Below are positions 60,527-64,000 of a stretch of DNA of 64,000 nucleotides, one piece after another. The DNA is from Patescibacteria group bacterium. Its GTDB lineage: Bacteria > Patescibacteriota > UBA1384 > XYA2-FULL-43-10 > 1-14-0-10-43-13. The stretch is from positions 26,751 to 90,750 of the forward strand of contig JBAYVE010000004.1 in the NCBI GenBank assembly GCA_041674765.1, in the 5' to 3' direction. The stretch's first letter is position 1, and each line of letters begins with the position of its first letter. Made by a program: the position numbers and the translations under genes. The notes under the pieces were generated by a model, which was not told the origin of the DNA, made no database searches, and saw only the letters and a program-made list of their open reading frames with translations.

Positions 60527-60907
60527 ATGGAAACAAAAAAGTATCTACAACTTAATGACATTGAGGCATATAAAACAGCTTTTTCATTATCAAATTATGT
60601 TTGGGATAGGATAGTGGCTTGGGACCACTTCTCTAAGAGTACAATCGGTAATCAATTTGTCAGAGCAATCGATTCAATCTCGGCAAATATCGCTGAAGGA
60701 TTTGGCAGATACGGCAAGAAAGATAAAATCTGTTTCTATCGATATAGTTACGGATCAATCAAAGAGTCCCTTGATTGGAATGAGAAGGCAAAAGATAGGA
60801 AATTAATTTCCGAAGAAGAATACAGTCGTATCTTTGCAGATTTACAAAAACTGCCTAAATCTGTCAACTATCTCATCAAATTTACTAACGAAAAATTAAC
60901 AATATAA
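60527..60907 (+). CDS. four-helix-bundle protein (23S rRNA-IVS / Avd-like family), copy 2
   Basis: SISANIAEGFGRY..SYGSIKESLDW. Confidence 0.75.
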   Translation: METKKYLQLNDIEAYKTAFSLSNYVWDRIVAWDHFSKSTIGNQFVRAIDSISANIAEGFGRYGKKDKICFYRYSYGSIKESLDWNEKAKDRKLISEEEYSRIFADLQKLPKSVNYLIKFTNEKLTI

Positions 60908-60911
60908 CAAT

Positions 60912-61769
60912 ATGACAATACAACAATCGTCGCCTGATAAAACAGTCTTACAAGTCATAGACGTTAAGTCAGAGTTAATTAGAGCCAGACGTGAACATTA
61001 TGCAATCGGGGCTTTCAATACCAATAATCTCGAGGTGACGAAAGCAATCTGTCAGGCTGCCACCAAATTTGATGCGCCCATTTTGGTCCAGACAACACCA
61101 TCGGCGATCGAATATGCTGGATTAAGGCAGATTTTTGATATCATAACAACGGAAATTATAAACACCAAAATCAAGGCAGCAATTCATTTGGATCATGCCA
61201 AAGATTTTTCAATTATTTCTCATGCTATACGAGCCGGCTATCGGTCTATTATGTTTGATGGGTCAAAGTTGCCATACCGTGAAAACGTTCATTTAACATC
61301 GAAAGTGGTAAATTTTGCTCATAGCTATGGAGCGTCAGTGGAGGCCGAGATTGGTGTTATCTCTCATGAAGAGGGTGGGCATCTTTCTGGTAAAGCAGAA
61401 TTGAGCTCACCTTTGCAGGTCAAGGAATTTGTCAAACTGACCGGAGTTGATTCCATTGCAGTCTCAGTTGGGAATGAACATGGCGCTCCAAAGGGCGAAC
61501 ATGTTGATTTCAATCTGTTGGAGAAAATTTCTTTAGCAGTGGATATTCCTCTAGTCATGCACGGAGCCTCCGGTTTGACGGCAGGAGACATCCGGGAGGC
61601 GATCTCCTTTGGCGTCGCCAAGTTCAATATCGACACTAAAATCAAGAAGGTTTTTACCCATGAACTCGAAACCTCCGAAGCTTCCGATTATCGAGATGCG
61701 ATGAAGGAGGGAATGGCGGAAGTGGAAAAAGTCGTTGAGAATTATATAAAGCTTTTTTCAAATAACTGA
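60912..61769 (+). CDS. fba: class II fructose-bisphosphate aldolase
   Basis: IHLDHAKDF, MHGASG. Confidence 0.85.
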   Translation: MTIQQSSPDKTVLQVIDVKSELIRARREHYAIGAFNTNNLEVTKAICQAATKFDAPILVQTTPSAIEYAGLRQIFDIITTEIINTKIKAAIHLDHAKDFSIISHAIRAGYRSIMFDGSKLPYRENVHLTSKVVNFAHSYGASVEAEIGVISHEEGGHLSGKAELSSPLQVKEFVKLTGVDSIAVSVGNEHGAPKGEHVDFNLLEKISLAVDIPLVMHGASGLTAGDIREAISFGVAKFNIDTKIKKVFTHELETSEASDYRDAMKEGMAEVEKVVENYIKLFSNN

Positions 61770-61847
61770 TTGCAAATCACAAATAACAATTACCAAATTA
61801 CAAATAAATCACAAATCTAAAATCACGAATCTAACACAAACGAACAG

Positions 61848-62198
61848 ATGGCTAATTCTGAAAAAATATATGATCTTGAGGAAAGGACTTTTATATTTGC
61901 TAGGAATACGGTTATTCTCATTAAAAAACTACCTAAAACAATATCAAATATCGAATATGGCAAACAAGTAATCCGGTCTTCCGCTTCAACAGGCGCAAAC
62001 TATATTGAAGCGAATGAAGCTTTGGGTAAGAAAGATTTCCTTATGAGGATTAAAATCTCCCGCAAAGAAGCGAAGGAATCGGCTTTCTGGTTTAGGCTTC
62101 TGAAAGAAACCAATTCAAATTTTGCTCAAGAGCTAGAATCATTACTGAATGAGGCTACTGAGTTGAAAAAAATATTTTCATCAATGCTTGGAAATTGA
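61848..62198 (+). CDS. four-helix-bundle protein (23S rRNA-IVS / Avd-like family), copy 3
   Basis: STGANYIEANEALGKKDF..SRKEAKESAFWF. Confidence 0.75.
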   Translation: MANSEKIYDLEERTFIFARNTVILIKKLPKTISNIEYGKQVIRSSASTGANYIEANEALGKKDFLMRIKISRKEAKESAFWFRLLKETNSNFAQELESLLNEATELKKIFSSMLGN

Positions 62199-62258
62199 TA
62201 TACTTTGGGAGTTGTTATTTATTTGTAATTTGGTATTTGGGATTTGGAGTTTAGAAAT

Positions 62259-63221
62259 ATGCAGCATGATGTTGTTACAATCGGAGATGCTTTCGAAGAT
62301 GTTTTTGTCCAACCTGACTTGAAGGTAAATTCGGATAGATCCTTTGGCTCCGGTAAGGGGATCTGCTTCGAATTTGGTGAGAAAATTCCTCTAAATTTTG
62401 TCCAGTATGAAATTGGAGGCTCTGCATGCAATATTGCTGTTGGTCTCTCGAGGCTAGGATATAAAACTACTTTTGTAACAGCGCTTGGCAAGGATACGCC
62501 AGCTCAAAGAATCATCCGGCAGCTGGAAGATGAGGGAGTTGATACCAAAAATGTCATTGAAAAATCAGATATTCAAACCGGTTTTTCGGTGGTATTTTCT
62601 GTCGACGGTGAGCGGACGATTTTTTCATATCATGCACTAAAAGATTATTCCAAATTGAAGATCAAAGATAGCCTCAAATCAAAATGGCTTTTTGTCACTT
62701 CTCTTGGGGAAAATATTGGTGAGATCGAGAAAAGGATAATTGCTGAAGTTTCAGAGGAGGGGTCTCTTTTTGCCTGGAATCCGGGATCCATTCAGATTGC
62801 CAGAGGTGCCAGTCATTATCGTCATCTGCTTCGTTGCACTTCGATCTTATTCCTGAACCGTGAGGAGGCAATAAAATTTCTGGATTATCCGGCAAGACCT
62901 ATCATCGAAGAGGTGATGAAGAAATTGCATAATTTTGGTGCAAGAATTGTTGTGGTGACCAACGGCAAGGAAGGGGCCAGGGCCTATGATGGCCAGGAAT
63001 TTTATGAGATGTCAGCGATTCAGAGAACTGAGCGTATAGATGCTACGGGTGCCGGAGATGCTTTCGCAACAGGATTTCTAGGTAGATTGATCGATGAAGA
63101 TTGGAAAAAAGATATTGATTCCGACATCATAAAAAATGCTTTGAAATGGGGGATTGCGAACTCGAACTCCGTGATCCAGCACATAGGGGCGCAAAAAGGG
63201 CTGCTTGCAGAGATTGATTGA
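62259..63221 (+). CDS. PfkB-family carbohydrate kinase
   Basis: GGSACNIAVGLSRLG, DATGAGDAF. Confidence 0.8.
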   Translation: MQHDVVTIGDAFEDVFVQPDLKVNSDRSFGSGKGICFEFGEKIPLNFVQYEIGGSACNIAVGLSRLGYKTTFVTALGKDTPAQRIIRQLEDEGVDTKNVIEKSDIQTGFSVVFSVDGERTIFSYHALKDYSKLKIKDSLKSKWLFVTSLGENIGEIEKRIIAEVSEEGSLFAWNPGSIQIARGASHYRHLLRCTSILFLNREEAIKFLDYPARPIIEEVMKKLHNFGARIVVVTNGKEGARAYDGQEFYEMSAIQRTERIDATGAGDAFATGFLGRLIDEDWKKDIDSDIIKNALKWGIANSNSVIQHIGAQKGLLAEID

Positions 63222-63302
63222 CTCAAAGGAGCAAAAAGTGATATAGGATAAAAAGAACTCACCGCTATTTTCCTGTCCAAGGGCAGGCAAAGGAGTAAAA
63301 CC

Positions 63303-63857
63303 GTGAAAAGTCTAACGGGGCAGTGTTATGCTCAGATGATGCATGTGTTGGCAAAAATCGTCGAGCGCGTAGTGATTTCGTGGTCTTTGCCACGACGCCG
63401 GGATATTGACCAATATGTCCAGACCATCGACCTCATTGGGATCAACGGCAATGGATTGTTGAGACTCATGGTACAGGATCTCCGGCAGCATCCTGAACGT
63501 GCGAATGTTCTGCTTGATTTGATTGAGTCATTTGCACGGCGTCTGGGTGTGGAGTTTCCGGAGGTGACTGATGACATGAAGCGCCATCTTGCTGTGCGCC
63601 GAGCTGCAGTTTTGGATTGGTTCGATGGCATCGATCTGGAGTTGGGATTTCCCTTCAATCTGGTTTCCATGGTTGGAACGAGCGATATCACTGTAACATC
63701 GAGATTGAAGGACGGTAGTTTTAAAACATCTGGGGTCGGTGCGATTACCTTCCTTAATCCTGATAATCAATCGCCGATCGAGCCAACCATTGGAGCTCTG
63801 GTCACCGTCGTTTCAGGGGGCGGTCCGATGGATGGCCAATATCGAATTCAGGACTAA
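63303..63857 (+). CDS. hypothetical protein (GC-rich, about 52%)
   Basis: 184 aa; composition unlike the flanking pfkB gene; start uncertain. Confidence 0.4.
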   Translation: MKSLTGQCYAQMMHVLAKIVERVVISWSLPRRRDIDQYVQTIDLIGINGNGLLRLMVQDLRQHPERANVLLDLIESFARRLGVEFPEVTDDMKRHLAVRRAAVLDWFDGIDLELGFPFNLVSMVGTSDITVTSRLKDGSFKTSGVGAITFLNPDNQSPIEPTIGALVTVVSGGGPMDGQYRIQD

Positions 63858-63884
63858 CAATGCCTGGCTTCTCAAACGACAGTG

Positions 63885-63923
63885 CTCGCCGCCCCCGAAA
63901 TGGATTCGGGGAGCGGCTTTTTA
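63885..63923 (+). terminator. intrinsic terminator
   Basis: gccgcccccgaa..ttcggggagcggc + TTTTT. Confidence 0.65.
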
Positions 63924-64000
63924 TAATTGCTAGGTTTGAAAAAATTTAATTTTGTGCTAGAATTATGCGGAAAATAAAAAATTAATTCAAGGATAAAATG

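Overview
This 64 kb window comes from a low-GC bacterium (about 40-42% GC). Its gene content points to a small, streamlined genome: short uvrC, proS and asparaginase homologues, a group 3b [NiFe]-hydrogenase, and Candidate-Phyla-Radiation/Patescibacteria-like features. The taxonomic placement is inference only.

Housekeeping backbone, in order:
- serS (3' fragment), hpf, secA.
- A TrmB-like regulator, a sugar-phosphate isomerase, a metallophosphoesterase, and gpmI.
- ftsE-ftsX, a coiled-coil C39-like peptidase (PcsB/EnvC analogue), and ctpA.
- lemA, a small membrane protein, and htpX.
- An MBL hydrolase and ppaC.
- ligA, a PHP phosphoesterase, and gatC...gatA...gatB (interrupted three times).
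- htrA, pgi, prmC-prfA, rpmE.
- rpsB-tsf-pyrH-frr-rseP-proS.
- uvrC (short), yvcK, tpiA-gap, hypC.
- An ABC transporter and the group 3b NiFe-hydrogenase genes hydB-hydG-hydD-hydA.
- pgk, fba and a PfkB kinase, interleaved with three four-helix-bundle (23S-IVS/Avd-like) paralogues.

No rRNA, tRNA or CRISPR array was found. One putative small RNA sits between the hydrogenase delta and alpha genes. It has a consensus sigma70 promoter, an intrinsic terminator and an SRP-RNA-like CCGGAAGGAAG motif.

The most unusual content is a large family of short hairpin-ended repeats, which look like miniature inverted-repeat transposable elements (MITEs). They have GTCATTCC...GGAATGAC-type termini plus several companion modules, and they cluster at the borders of GC-rich (about 50-55%) cargo genes. 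The clearest cargo cases are:
- A tandem pair of paralogous HTH proteins with CGLG repeats (6151-7463).
- A HEPN-like gene with an overlapping partner gene inside the gat operon (30229-31105).
- A divergent pair of unknown genes (46018-47743).
- A truncated GIY-YIG nuclease ORF bracketed by perfect inverted 24-bp hairpins (52005-52245).
- A DUF559 nuclease gene sandwiched between two MITE copies (4173-4773).
- In-frame repeat insertions inside prmC.

Also present:
- Purine-rich degenerate tandem repeats in two 3' UTR-like positions (after serS and after tsf).
- A second repeat family around rpmE/rpsB.
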